From: a virus
Taxonomy: Duplodnaviria; Caudoviricetes
IMG/VR virus record: IMGVR_UViG_3300011008_002712
DNA: 64,000 nucleotides
Strand: one strand, 5' to 3'
Numbering within the stretch: position 1 is the first letter of the stretch; every line of letters starts with the position of its first letter. Of the stretch, positions 49,764-59,231 are shown one piece after another. The notes beneath the pieces were generated by a model that was not told where the DNA came from, made no database searches, and worked only from the letters and a program-made list of their open reading frames with translations. The translations under genes were made by a program, and so were the position numbers.

Positions 49764-50114
49764 ATGTTAATGGAGAAAATCATGTACGTTCAAAAAATAA
49801 TCAAAGATGTTTTAGTAATTGGAGTTAAAACTAACTTTAAAATAAAAGGCGGTACTTGCGTATATGTTAATGCATTTTACATTAGAAGTGATGTCAATTT
49901 AGAATCCATTCCAGAATTATCAAATCTAGTCAAAAGATATGATAAAGAAAAATATAAGGAAGACATTATTTATTTTCAATTTGTTAATCAAAACAAAAAT
50001 CTGATATACTCTTTTCAATTGCCATTAAGAAAATTAGTTAATCCTCCCTATTCTGGGATGAAAGATGCTTGTTTAGAGATATATGAAGCAAAAATAAAGG
50101 CATTTGGATTATGA
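49764..50114 (+). CDS. hypothetical protein with GL tail
   Basis: ends YEAKIKAFGL, ATGA-coupled. Confidence 0.65.
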   Translation: MLMEKIMYVQKIIKDVLVIGVKTNFKIKGGTCVYVNAFYIRSDVNLESIPELSNLVKRYDKEKYKEDIIYFQFVNQNKNLIYSFQLPLRKLVNPPYSGMKDACLEIYEAKIKAFGL

Positions 50115-50431
50115 AATTTAATTACAAGGTATTAGATAATCGATATGATATCTTTGAAGTAGATATATATGTAAATTTTGAATTGCCAACATTGATTGGA
50201 AGTTATCGAATGAATCATCATATATGCAGAATAAATATTTATCAAATTGATTCATGACCATTTTCCAATGCAACATTTTCAATGCAAATAAGTTTCATCA
50301 ATAAACAAGAGAAATGTGTTCATGCGATGATTTTTAGAGATCATGATTTAAACAAAGATTTCAAGTGCGTGCATATTAAAAAAATAATCAATTTTTATTT
50401 TTATTTATTGATTTGCGATCAAGGATTATGA
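50111..50431 (+). pseudogene. GL-tail gene interrupted by an in-frame TGA at 50255
   Basis: ATGA-coupled at both ends; read through, it ends FYFYLLICDQGL. Confidence 0.65.
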
Positions 50432-50706
50432 TTATGGTAAGAAAATTCAGACACAGAACAGATCGTTACATAAATGGATTTCACATAGTTGAAGTTGATC
50501 TTTTAATTTCAGAAGATAATTTGTTTTTTCACAGTCCTACATTTCAACTCAAACTACGTGCTAAACATAATACTGAAAATCCTATTTTGATATATAACTT
50601 GACATTGAATCAATTAGAGTGTGAAAATTTTAAATCTTTTGGCGAAGAGATAAAAGAATTTTGTTTATTTGCTTATAATTTTTATATACTTGCAAATGGC
50701 TTATAA
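50428..50706 (+). CDS. hypothetical protein with GL tail
   Basis: ends YNFYILANGL. Confidence 0.65.
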   Translation: MIMVRKFRHRTDRYINGFHIVEVDLLISEDNLFFHSPTFQLKLRAKHNTENPILIYNLTLNQLECENFKSFGEEIKEFCLFAYNFYILANGL

Positions 50707-50736
50707 AAAATATATTTTTATGAAAGGAAGGAAAAA

Positions 50737-51111
50737 GTGGAAAATTTTATTGGTGAAAACATTGAAAAACTTACAAAATCAAGGAAACTTTCAAGAAAAC
50801 AATGTATGAATTTGAAAAACAATCAATATGTAAGAATGGATGGGATTGGCTATTTTAGAGTAAATTCTATCAATAAACTAAATAAAACGGTTGATGTTTT
50901 TCATAAGCAAGGTGCAAATACATATGATTTTGAAAACATTACGTATGATAAAACGTGCAAGTTATTAGATAAGTTGTACAAAACTTCCAAAAAGTTTAGA
51001 GCAACTTATGGAAATGGTTTAGAAGAAGGGATTCAATTAAAAAACTTCCTTATACATTTGAATGCATATACTCAAGAACCTAAAAATGTAGTGCAACAAA
51101 TTTTGAGTTAA
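50737..51111 (+). CDS. hypothetical protein
   Basis: 124-aa ORF, AAGGAAGG SD. Confidence 0.65.
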   Translation: MENFIGENIEKLTKSRKLSRKQCMNLKNNQYVRMDGIGYFRVNSINKLNKTVDVFHKQGANTYDFENITYDKTCKLLDKLYKTSKKFRATYGNGLEEGIQLKNFLIHLNAYTQEPKNVVQQILS

Positions 51112-51217
51112 TTGAAAGGAGAGGAAAAACCTCTCCTTTTCTTCTAATTAAAAAACAATTTGGCTATTTACATTTTGCATATTTTATGGTAGAATAAATA
51201 CAGAGGTGGATCATTAA

Positions 51218-51670
51218 ATGAACATTATAGTACAAAATTTAAAGAAAAAAGTTGGTAGAACTCCAGGTACATCGCCTGTTATTCCAGATGATACAATCAT
51301 ATCTCTTATTCAAAATAGCAAATATAATTATTTGTTAGACGATGTTAAATATGAAAGATTTTATGTTCCTAAAAATGTTCCTCAAGGAACCGATGGGAGA
51401 TTCGGGCATACATATAATGGGAATATATTTTTAACAGAAATTTACGCATTTAAAAATAAAGAAACAGAAAAATTTGAATGCGTTATTATTTCAATTCAAT
51501 TCGATAACAATGGCAAAGTAAAAATCCCAACATGTGTTGATATTCAATGTGAAAATGGAAAAGCTAGCGAAATAGCCAATAAGGTATTTTCTGGATGGAA
51601 AATGTTAAATGGTCAAGATATTACATATGATGGATATTTGTATGAAGACGCTTATAATGAGGTTAATTGA
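51218..51670 (+). CDS. hypothetical protein
   Basis: 150-aa ORF behind a CTATTTACA...TGGTAGAAT promoter. Confidence 0.7.
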   Translation: MNIIVQNLKKKVGRTPGTSPVIPDDTIISLIQNSKYNYLLDDVKYERFYVPKNVPQGTDGRFGHTYNGNIFLTEIYAFKNKETEKFECVIISIQFDNNGKVKIPTCVDIQCENGKASEIANKVFSGWKMLNGQDITYDGYLYEDAYNEVN

Positions 51671-51671
51671 A

Positions 51672-52064
51672 ATGAAAACAAAAATTAAAAACATTACAAA
51701 GCAACTTATTAATAACATGAAGAATTTTACTTATGTTAACATTTATATTGAAGGCGAAGATGTTAATTTTCAATCGTTAGCAATTCCATTTTATGGTTTT
51801 TCTTTTCATAACACGTCTTGTGTTATTCATGAGCGCGAATTGTTTAATAAAACCAATAATGGAATGATCCTTCACTTTATGCATATTCCCAATTCTATTG
51901 ATGACATTGAATTCTTTAAAAAAAATGATGAATATTTTTTAATCATTAAATCACAAAATTCTAATATGTTGGGCGATTTTTGGGGAATTATTAGAGAAAA
52001 TTTACTTTCACATAACATTTTAGATGAAATGCTGGGTAAAAATAATTGGACGAGAGACTATTAA
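51672..52064 (+). CDS. hypothetical protein
   Basis: start MKTKIKN after GAGGT. Confidence 0.6.
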   Translation: MKTKIKNITKQLINNMKNFTYVNIYIEGEDVNFQSLAIPFYGFSFHNTSCVIHERELFNKTNNGMILHFMHIPNSIDDIEFFKKNDEYFLIIKSQNSNMLGDFWGIIRENLLSHNILDEMLGKNNWTRDY

Positions 52065-52265
52065 AAAAACAAAATGATCAATATAAAACATGAAAAATGA
52101 TGTTGTATATTATGTCACTAAAGACAAATAAGATTTAAGGACGCAATATGGATAAAGATTTCGGAAAAACTTTAAGCATATGGTTAGATTCAACGAAAAT
52201 CATTAACTGAAATTAGAGGAGACAAAATCTCCTCTCTTTTTTATAATAAAGGGGGGTGATATTCT

Positions 52266-53266
52266 ATGCATGAACTAAAAGGAAAAAAATTCAATCATTT
52301 ATATGTTTTAGATGATATTTGTGAAAATGGAATTCATTATTGTATTTGTCAGTGTGATTGTGGAAACATAAAGAAAATTTTAGCTATTAATGTAAAACGT
52401 GGTCACACAAAATCTTGTGGATGCGTTTTAGGCAGATCAAATAATGTAGCTAAACCAAGTTTGAAACATAAATGCTATAGACAAGTATTGACTTATCCAC
52501 CATCTAATCTCAAGGAACTAGATTCAACTGAATATCTATTTGCTAAAAAATGGAAAAGAATGATTGGCAGAGCTTTTGAACCTGATGTAAAAAATTATAG
52601 TGCTCGTGGGATTAAAGTGTGCAAACGCTGGTATGATTATTTCAATTTTAAAGAAGATATGTTTCAATCTTTCAAAGAACATCTTCAAACATATGGATTG
52701 AAAGATACAACTTTAGATAGAATTGATGTTAATAAAAATTATGAGCCAAGCAATTGTAGATGGGCTACTATAGAAACTCAATCAAGAAACAAACGAAATA
52801 CAATATATGTATACATCAATAACAAAAAGATTACTTTAAATGATGCTGCAAAAGAAATTGGTATTAGCGAAAATAAATTATATCATTTGTTAAAAAGTAT
52901 TCAAATGACGAAGCTATAAAAAAAGCTGTATCATATGCTGAATGCGTTAATCGTAAAATTGCATACAATGATTGTTTTTATTCGTTATTAGAATTAGCTA
53001 AAAAATTTAACATCAGAGTTGATCAATTATACGTTTGGGTAATAGATAAAAATTTGTCTATTGAAAACGCAATTTTTCATTGCAGATTGCTATCAGGACA
53101 AGATGTAGAAATTTCGTATAATGATGAAAAGAAACTACTTTCAGAATGGTGTGAATGTTTTAATTTGAATAAAAGAATCGTTATTCAAAGATTACTCAAA
53201 GGATGGAATGTTGAGAAAGCTTTCTTTGCTTCTATTAGAAATAGAAACAGAATGAAAAATCCATAA
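52266..53266 (+). mobile_element. HNH-type homing endonuclease-like gene, frameshifted at about 52895
   Basis: CQCDCGN, TKSCGC, RGIKVCKRW, TLDRIDVNKNYEPSNCRWAT..Q.RN; a one-base shift in an A-run joins the downstream helical repeats through 53266. Confidence 0.75.
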
Positions 53267-53295
53267 TAAAAAAATTTTTCAATTTTTTTAAAAAA

Positions 53296-53340
53296 CTATT
53301 TACAAATACGTCATTGTGTGATAATATAGACTCAAGAGGT
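53296..53340 (+). promoter_or_regulatory. repeated promoter cassette with no gene behind it
   Basis: CTATTTACA...TAATATAGACTCAAGAGGT, followed within about 50 bp by a second cassette. Confidence 0.7.
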
Positions 53341-53388
53341 GAGGAAAAAGAAAAAGTTGATAAAAACTCAAAAAAAAAATGAAAAAAA

Positions 53389-53435
53389 CTATTTACAAAT
53401 GGCGAACAACATGGTATAATCTAATCAAGAGGTAA
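53389..53435 (+). promoter_or_regulatory. repeated promoter cassette
   Basis: CTATTTACA...ATGGTATAATCTAATCAAGAGGTAA. Confidence 0.85.
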
Positions 53436-53469
53436 ACAAAAACGGTAAAAATGAAAGGGGAAGATTGAC

Positions 53470-54423
53470 ATGGCTGCAAACTTTGAGAGTGGATTTGTTG
53501 TGAGAGAACCTGCATGGCACGGATTGGCAACGGTCATCAATGAGGCACCCACATCTGCGGATGCTCTTCGTATCGCTGGTCTTGATTGGAAGGTCCTTGT
53601 TGGAGATGCGTTCCTTCAGACTCAGGACGGCAAGATGGTCAAGACGGATCGCAAGATTACTTACCGCGACAGCGATGGTTCGGTTCTCGGATTTGTGTCT
53701 GACAAGTATTCGGTTGTCCAGAATGATGAAGCATTCTCATTCACCGACGAGCTGATTGCTACTGGCGAAGTTACTTACGAGAGTGCTGGTTCGCTGGATG
53801 GTGGTAAGAAAGTCTTCATGCTGGCGAATCTGCCGGAGACCAGCATCCTTGGAGATGCAGTTGTTCCCTACATGCTCTTCAGCAACAGCCATGATGGCAG
53901 TTCATCTGTGAGAGTAACAGCCACTCCTGTGAGAGTTGTCTGCGAAAATACGATGAATGCTGCCTTGCAGGGTGCAAAGAGAATCTGGTCCTTTGTACAT
54001 CGTGGCAATATCGACGAGAAGATTCATGAAGCGCAGGTTACTCTCCGCAACATGAAGGAGTACATGACCGAGCTGAACAAGGACGCAGAGCGCCTGGCAA
54101 AGATTACCATTTCTCCTTCCCAGATGCAGGATTATCTCAACAACATGTTCCCCATCGATGAGAACGATGACAATATCACCAAGCGGCGGGCAAAGAACAT
54201 GATCTATCTTCGTGAGATGTTTATGGGAAGATACAATGTCGACGATCTCGGAAATTTCCGTGGGACAGCTTGGGGACTTCTCAACGCAGCAAGCGATTTC
54301 ATCGGACATGTTCAGCCGGTACGCAAGACAAAGAATCACCAGGAAAAAGTAATGGAAGGATGGATGAACGGCAATAAATTCTTCGATACGACATACGATT
54401 ATATCAACTCTGTAGCAGCCTAA
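53470..54423 (+). CDS. DUF932 phage/plasmid-like protein
   Basis: REPAWHGL, AGLDW, YSVVQN.EAF, ESAGSL.GGK, NSHDGS, TPVRVVCENT, GTAWG. Confidence 0.9.
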   Translation: MAANFESGFVVREPAWHGLATVINEAPTSADALRIAGLDWKVLVGDAFLQTQDGKMVKTDRKITYRDSDGSVLGFVSDKYSVVQNDEAFSFTDELIATGEVTYESAGSLDGGKKVFMLANLPETSILGDAVVPYMLFSNSHDGSSSVRVTATPVRVVCENTMNAALQGAKRIWSFVHRGNIDEKIHEAQVTLRNMKEYMTELNKDAERLAKITISPSQMQDYLNNMFPIDENDDNITKRRAKNMIYLREMFMGRYNVDDLGNFRGTAWGLLNAASDFIGHVQPVRKTKNHQEKVMEGWMNGNKFFDTTYDYINSVAA

Positions 54424-54433
54424 CAAAAAAGAC

Positions 54434-54459
54434 GAGGAGAGGCATCAAAACCTCTCCTC
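54434..54459. terminator. terminator hairpin
   Basis: GAGGAGAGG-loop-CCTCTCCTC after the DUF932 stop. Confidence 0.6.
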
Positions 54460-54593
54460 ATGAAAGGAGGATTTATCTAATATAATAAAATTAGAGACAA
54501 GTTTGTTCTGAATGAAATGGTGGAGAAAAAAATCTCCACCATTAATTCTTTTAGTTTGATTTTACATGAAGCATAAAATGTTTTAAAATTAAA

Positions 54594-55178
54594 ATGGAGG
54601 TGATAAAAATAATAGAAATTATTTGTACAATATGTGGTTTGATTCAGGGGTTGTTAATTCTTTTAAAGAGAAAAGAAAATTGGATTTTTTATTTGCTAAA
54701 CATTTCAACTCTTATTATTTATTCATTTTGCGCACATCTTTATGGAGATGTTATAGAAAATTGCATATATCTTACTATTGGAATTTTCGGAACATTCGCT
54801 TGGATGAATAATAAATTCGCTAAAAGATTCAATACTGAAAAAATTAGACACGCATCTAAAAATGAAAACATTGTCTTTCTTTTGGCAATATTAATTTTGT
54901 CAGCAATTACATACTGCTTGATTTTTAACAGCAATGACCCTCTTCCTTCCATGGATTCTATAACTACTGGGATGGGTTTTGTTGCTACTTTTATGATGGC
55001 ATGTAAAATTATAGAAACATGGATTGTGTGGTTTATTGATGACATTTTAATGTTATGTGTATATTTATCTTTACCAGAACCTGGATATGCATTAGCAATG
55101 TTGAATTTTGTTTGGATTTTTATGGCAATAGGAAGCTACATATCTTGGAAAAAGGAGATAGAATATGAAGAAGTATAA
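54594..55178 (+). CDS. pnuC: PnuC-family nicotinamide riboside/vitamin transporter
   Basis: multi-TM; ENWIF, LYGD, DP.P.MDSITT, K.IETWIVWFIDDI, GSYISWKK. Confidence 0.8.
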   Translation: MEVIKIIEIICTICGLIQGLLILLKRKENWIFYLLNISTLIIYSFCAHLYGDVIENCIYLTIGIFGTFAWMNNKFAKRFNTEKIRHASKNENIVFLLAILILSAITYCLIFNSNDPLPSMDSITTGMGFVATFMMACKIIETWIVWFIDDILMLCVYLSLPEPGYALAMLNFVWIFMAIGSYISWKKEIEYEEV

Positions 55179-55995
55179 AGAGCTGGAAATCATTTTACCA
55201 TCATTTGATTGTGATAAACATTGCCCATATTGCACTGCTAAAACAACAAAATGGCCAGAGAAAAAAATATCAGTTGAAAAACTAAAAACATATATTAACA
55301 AAATGAGAGATAGTTTTTCATTTGTTTATCTTACTCTTGGTGGAAATGGTGAACCAACATTATATCCATTAGATACATTAGAAAAAATTGTAAAAATATT
55401 TGATGGTTATGACATTCCAATCAAAAGAGTCTTAACATCTGGAAACATTTTTAGAGACGAATCAAAAGCAAAACATGAAATGTTTATGAAACATGGATGG
55501 AAATTTGAAATAACTGCAGCATATACAAATATTGAAAATGATATGAAAGTTCTTGGATACGATCACAAATATTATCTTTCGGAAAGATTTAAAAAATCTC
55601 CAATAATGTTAAATTATGTTATGTTGAAGAATAATTTTGACATGATAATTGATGAAATTAATTATTGGGCAAATCATTTTAAAAACATCGAAACGATTTC
55701 ATGTAAATTACTGAATGTGAACACAAGAGAAAATGGCGAAAATAATCCAATTTCAAAATGGATTATTAAAAACGCAATACCAAAAACAGATAGAGAAAAA
55801 ATAAAAAATTTGCTAGATAAAAATTTTTATTTTATCAATCATGAATTTGATGCATTAAATTATAAGCATCCATCTGGAACTAACATTCATTTTTCTTGGA
55901 AAAATGGCACATATGGAATGCACGATCTTGTGTGGTATTGTGACGAATTTGTAGATTACCATTTGAATCACGTCGATCCGTTTGGAGGTAATTAA
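55165..55995 (+). CDS. radical SAM protein
   Basis: CxxxCxxC (CDKHCPYC) and GGNGEPTL; overlaps the pnuC stop. Confidence 0.85.
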   Translation: MKKYKELEIILPSFDCDKHCPYCTAKTTKWPEKKISVEKLKTYINKMRDSFSFVYLTLGGNGEPTLYPLDTLEKIVKIFDGYDIPIKRVLTSGNIFRDESKAKHEMFMKHGWKFEITAAYTNIENDMKVLGYDHKYYLSERFKKSPIMLNYVMLKNNFDMIIDEINYWANHFKNIETISCKLLNVNTRENGENNPISKWIIKNAIPKTDREKIKNLLDKNFYFINHEFDALNYKHPSGTNIHFSWKNGTYGMHDLVWYCDEFVDYHLNHVDPFGGN

Positions 55996-55997
55996 TC

Positions 55998-56507
55998 ATG
56001 AATGTGTACATTGGAGGAAGTTTTTATAAAAATGGTAATTCGTTGAACGATGATTTCAGAGCAGAACTTCTCGGATGAGAACATATTTTATGGAACGAAA
56101 ATGAAGATGCTAAAGTAACTATCTTTGGAAAAGAAATGAAATATATTGGCCCGTTTTTCTATTATCCAAAAAAAGAAAAAGAATTGAAAAAAAATGGAAT
56201 GAAAGATCATGAAATAATTGTGCATATTGAAAAAAAAGCAATAGAAGAATGTAATTTATTTGTCGCTTATTTAGGAACAAAATCTTCTCTAGGTACTGTA
56301 GCCGAACTAATTCATGCAGCAAATTTTGGAAAAAACATATGTTTGTTTTATCTTGCTGGGAAAAATGAGAAAGCATTAAAATCTGAATATTGGTTTCCCA
56401 TTATCATGGCAAGAGAAATAGCGAAAGATAAACATTCAAAATTTATTATGAAAGAAGTAGATAATGCTAGCGAGTTTATTTATTTTTTAAAAAATAACAC
56501 GTTTTAA
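55998..56507 (+). CDS. nucleoside 2-deoxyribosyltransferase-like protein, in-frame TGA at 56076
   Basis: MNVYIGGSF start after a GGAGGT SD; YIGPFF, AIEECNLFVAYL...SLGTVAELIHA..FGK.I. Confidence 0.65.
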
Positions 56508-56512
56508 AGAAG

Positions 56513-57169
56513 GTGAAACTTATGATATGGTTGTTATATTTTCCTTTGATGTGTATCATCATGGTTGTATGTTATCTAACTAATCCCATTGTTGTTCTAT
56601 TCTGTGACGAAAATGGAGAACTTCCTGGATTTTTAAAGTATTGGCAGACGTGGGATGATTCTTGTGACAGCAGATATATGATGACATCTGTTATTCCAAA
56701 GTCCAAGCTATTGTCATGGTTAGATTATGGATGGGCTGAAAAGTACGATTGGTACTATGATGATTCAGACGGACTAAAAGAACTTGGATGCATCAGAGAA
56801 AGAACAAAATTAAAAGATGGTGTTAGTTTTTCTGTAGCTGAAAGATTCAAGCGATATGTCTGCAGAACACTTTGGCTTACAAGGAATTGCGCTTATGGAT
56901 TTGCATTTTGGGTATTTGGTCGTGATGGAAAAATTGAAGACCTTGTATTCCACAAACGTATAGAAGAATCTGAATTCAATGAACATGTAGATGTAAGAGA
57001 AGATAAAGAAAGACTTTCTACTCGTAAATGGTCTCTTAGATTCTACAAACATGTAGTAGGTCCTTTGTATATTACAGGCTATCTTGGATGGAAGATACCA
57101 TTCTGGAAAGAATCTGGAAAGTATCATGCAATGATTGCTAATCGAATCGTGCCTCGGTTCAAATTATAA
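56513..57169 (+). CDS. phage membrane-anchored hypothetical protein
   Basis: N-terminal TM; LPGFLKYWQTWDD, WLTRNCAYGF, YLGWKI. Confidence 0.7.
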   Translation: MKLMIWLLYFPLMCIIMVVCYLTNPIVVLFCDENGELPGFLKYWQTWDDSCDSRYMMTSVIPKSKLLSWLDYGWAEKYDWYYDDSDGLKELGCIRERTKLKDGVSFSVAERFKRYVCRTLWLTRNCAYGFAFWVFGRDGKIEDLVFHKRIEESEFNEHVDVREDKERLSTRKWSLRFYKHVVGPLYITGYLGWKIPFWKESGKYHAMIANRIVPRFKL

Positions 57170-57180
57170 AATGCCTATAA

Positions 57181-57200
57181 AGGAGAGAATTTTCTCTCCT
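57181..57200 (+). terminator. intrinsic terminator
   Basis: AGGAGAGA-ATTT-TCTCTCCT plus T run. Confidence 0.7.
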
Positions 57201-57359
57201 TTTTTGATTTATTTGAAAAAATGTCATCTCCAGAACCTTGACAGGTGTATCGTATGAGCAAACGTATAGATTTATATTGACATTAAAAAAATAATCATCA
57301 GAGTGCATATTCTACATAGAACCTTATCGTGAAAGGATTTGTATGATTTTTTGAATATG

Positions 57360-57410
57360 CTATTTACATTTATGTTATTCTATGGTAGAATAGAATCAAG
57401 AGGTAAGGAA
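57360..57410 (+). promoter_or_regulatory. repeated promoter cassette
   Basis: CTATTTACA...ATGGTAGAATAGAATCAAGAGGTAAGGAA. Confidence 0.85.
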
Positions 57411-57423
57411 GGAGTGGATATAA

Positions 57424-57750
57424 ATGAAGGGTGTATCTTCTAAGAATTTCAGCGTATTTAATCGTGATAAAGTGTTGACGTCTGAATATAGTTTGATCAC
57501 CGTAGATCGTGACTGGGCTGAAATGCCAAAAATTAGATGCATGACGAATCCCAAGACCAAACGCATTGAGCAGATTCGCACAATGCTTATAACATCTGAG
57601 CGTACTGGCGCCACTACAATCTGGCACTTCAGCAATAGAATCAATGATAACAATGGTGAATTTTTTTACGATGAATTCATTCCGTCAAACAAAACATTGA
57701 AAGATTTTCCGCAGTTGAAAGGATATATCTTGATGATATATAATGATTAA
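57424..57750 (+). CDS. hypothetical protein, paralogue of 58728..59045
   Basis: MKGVSS...ITS..TG...(Y/F)ND shared. Confidence 0.75.
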   Translation: MKGVSSKNFSVFNRDKVLTSEYSLITVDRDWAEMPKIRCMTNPKTKRIEQIRTMLITSERTGATTIWHFSNRINDNNGEFFYDEFIPSNKTLKDFPQLKGYILMIYND

Positions 57751-57813
57751 ATTTTATTTACAATTGATTAATGTCGTGGTATAATTTGATCAAAAGTTTA
57801 TGAGGTTAAGAAT

Positions 57814-57984
57814 ATGACAGTCAGAGAATTATACGAATGGGCAAAGAAGAATAACGCATTGGATTTTGACATAGAAATTCAACACCGTGATGGTGGAGGC
57901 TATTATGCAGGAGTAGATGACTGTGATCCTGAAATCTGCTACGGAGAAGAATCTTATCATACTGAAAAAGTTGTATTGCTTTAA
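57814..57984 (+). CDS. small hypothetical protein
   Basis: 56 aa MTVRELYEWAKKN...; own promoter and GAGGT SD; not in the ORF track. Confidence 0.6.
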   Translation: MTVRELYEWAKKNNALDFDIEIQHRDGGGYYAGVDDCDPEICYGEESYHTEKVVLL

Positions 57985-58044
57985 ATAATGCTGAATAACA
58001 TGGTAGAATAGACTCAAGATGTAAAAGAGTGTAAAAATGAAAGG

Positions 58045-58542
58045 ATGATTGAAATGTTGGATATGCACAACGAATATTTCCGTAATATGAAGCTTTTGCT
58101 TTGTGACTGGCAGAAGAAAAAGGATGACATTTTCCAAAAGAAGAAGGAAATTATCTATAAATTTGGTTATGACAGCAAAGAATATGAAGCTTGGTACGAT
58201 GAGAACAAGGCATCGATTTTCCCTTTCTCTTCAGGCGCAAGTAAAGCATATCACGCATACAACAAGAGTGTCGAAATGAAGCAGAAGTACCTCACTATTG
58301 ACACGGCTCTCATTGCAGAAGAGGTGAAAGATTTTATCGACACACTTCGTACTGCAGGTATCGAGAGTTTTGTATACACCAGTTCTTCCAGCTCTGCAAT
58401 GGAAAACATGCATGACCTTGCAGCAAATGGATGCACCATGGTCGATTTGTTCACGGTTGAATCGTATAGTAACAAAACGGGACAACAATGCCAGAAATTG
58501 TCAAAGGCGTTCGTTTTATCATCGACTAATATTGAAACATAA
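58045..58542 (+). CDS. conserved Firmicutes mobile-element protein (3' end probably frameshifted)
   Basis: FP.S.GASKAY, DFIDTLRTAGI..FVYT..SS.AMENMH; the alternative frame gives a PEIVKGVRFIID end. Confidence 0.7.
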   Translation: MIEMLDMHNEYFRNMKLLLCDWQKKKDDIFQKKKEIIYKFGYDSKEYEAWYDENKASIFPFSSGASKAYHAYNKSVEMKQKYLTIDTALIAEEVKDFIDTLRTAGIESFVYTSSSSSAMENMHDLAANGCTMVDLFTVESYSNKTGQQCQKLSKAFVLSSTNIET

Positions 58543-58649
58543 CACAAAAGAGGAGACAAATATCTCCTCTTTTTTACGTATATAAATCCATTTATGTTTG
58601 CACAAAGGCGTTCTGTCAAGGCCTGATGAGGAAAAATTTTTTTGAATAG

Positions 58650-58694
58650 CTATTTACATTTCTGTTATTCTATGGTAGAATAGAATCAAGAGGT
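58650..58694 (+). promoter_or_regulatory. repeated promoter cassette
   Basis: CTATTTACA...ATGGTAGAATAGAATCAAGAGGT. Confidence 0.85.
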
Positions 58695-58727
58695 GGAAAG
58701 GTAAGGAAATGAAAGGAGCAGATAAGT

Positions 58728-59045
58728 ATGAAAGGTGTATCTTCCAACATTTTCACAGTGAACAATTCTAAAAAGAGTTTGGTGGCTGAGATGTCTACAA
58801 TCGCCTGCGACCCGAATTTCAACGAAATGCAAAAGACAAGGATCAATGAAAATTCTCAAATAAATGAAATCTTGGTAATCACTTCTCATAAGACTGGTGT
58901 CAATGCAATCTTTGACCATGTCAAGACAGAAAGAGACTTTGCTGGCGAAGGTGAAATACTTTACATGGTGTACGAACCTTCTCCTGATACCCTCCGGCGG
59001 TTGCCAAACCTGGCAGGATATACAGTGACAGTTTTCAACGACTAA
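58728..59045 (+). CDS. hypothetical protein, paralogue of 57424..57750
   Basis: MKGVSS start, AAAGGAG SD. Confidence 0.75.
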   Translation: MKGVSSNIFTVNNSKKSLVAEMSTIACDPNFNEMQKTRINENSQINEILVITSHKTGVNAIFDHVKTERDFAGEGEILYMVYEPSPDTLRRLPNLAGYTVTVFND

Positions 59046-59059
59046 AAAAATCAAAAAAA

Positions 59060-59150
59060 CTATTTACATTTGAGTTATTCTATGGTAGAATAGAATCAAG
59101 AGGTAAGGAAGGAATAGAGAGGAGGTGATAAACACAAAAGTTTTTCAAAA
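59060..59150 (+). promoter_or_regulatory. empty promoter cassette (promoter plus orphan SD tail)
   Basis: ...TCAAGAGGTAAGGAAGGAATAGAGAGGAGGTGATAAACACAAA with no ATG-initiated ORF. Confidence 0.75.
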
Positions 59151-59165
59151 AAATTTTCGAACAGG

Positions 59166-59215
59166 CTATTTACAATAGCTAAAGAATATGGTATAATCTA
59201 ATCAAGAGGTAAGGC
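59166..59215 (+). promoter_or_regulatory. repeated promoter cassette
   Basis: CTATTTACA...ATGGTATAATCTAATCAAGAGGTAAGG. Confidence 0.85.
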
Positions 59216-59231
59216 AAGGCCTCTAAAAAAT

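Noticed and set aside
44340-58542. Programmed frameshifts at about 44345, 48240, 52895 and 58475
   Set aside because: All are single-base shifts in short homopolymers with no evident stimulatory structure; sequencing error or decay is simpler
58681-58710. SAM-I riboswitch suggested by ATCAAGAGGTGGA
   Set aside because: It is the cassette leader; the remaining SAM-I helices are absent
5403-59215. Repeated 50-bp motif as a CRISPR array
   Set aside because: Copies are dispersed, separated by whole genes and contain -35/-10 boxes; there are no regular spacers or cas genes
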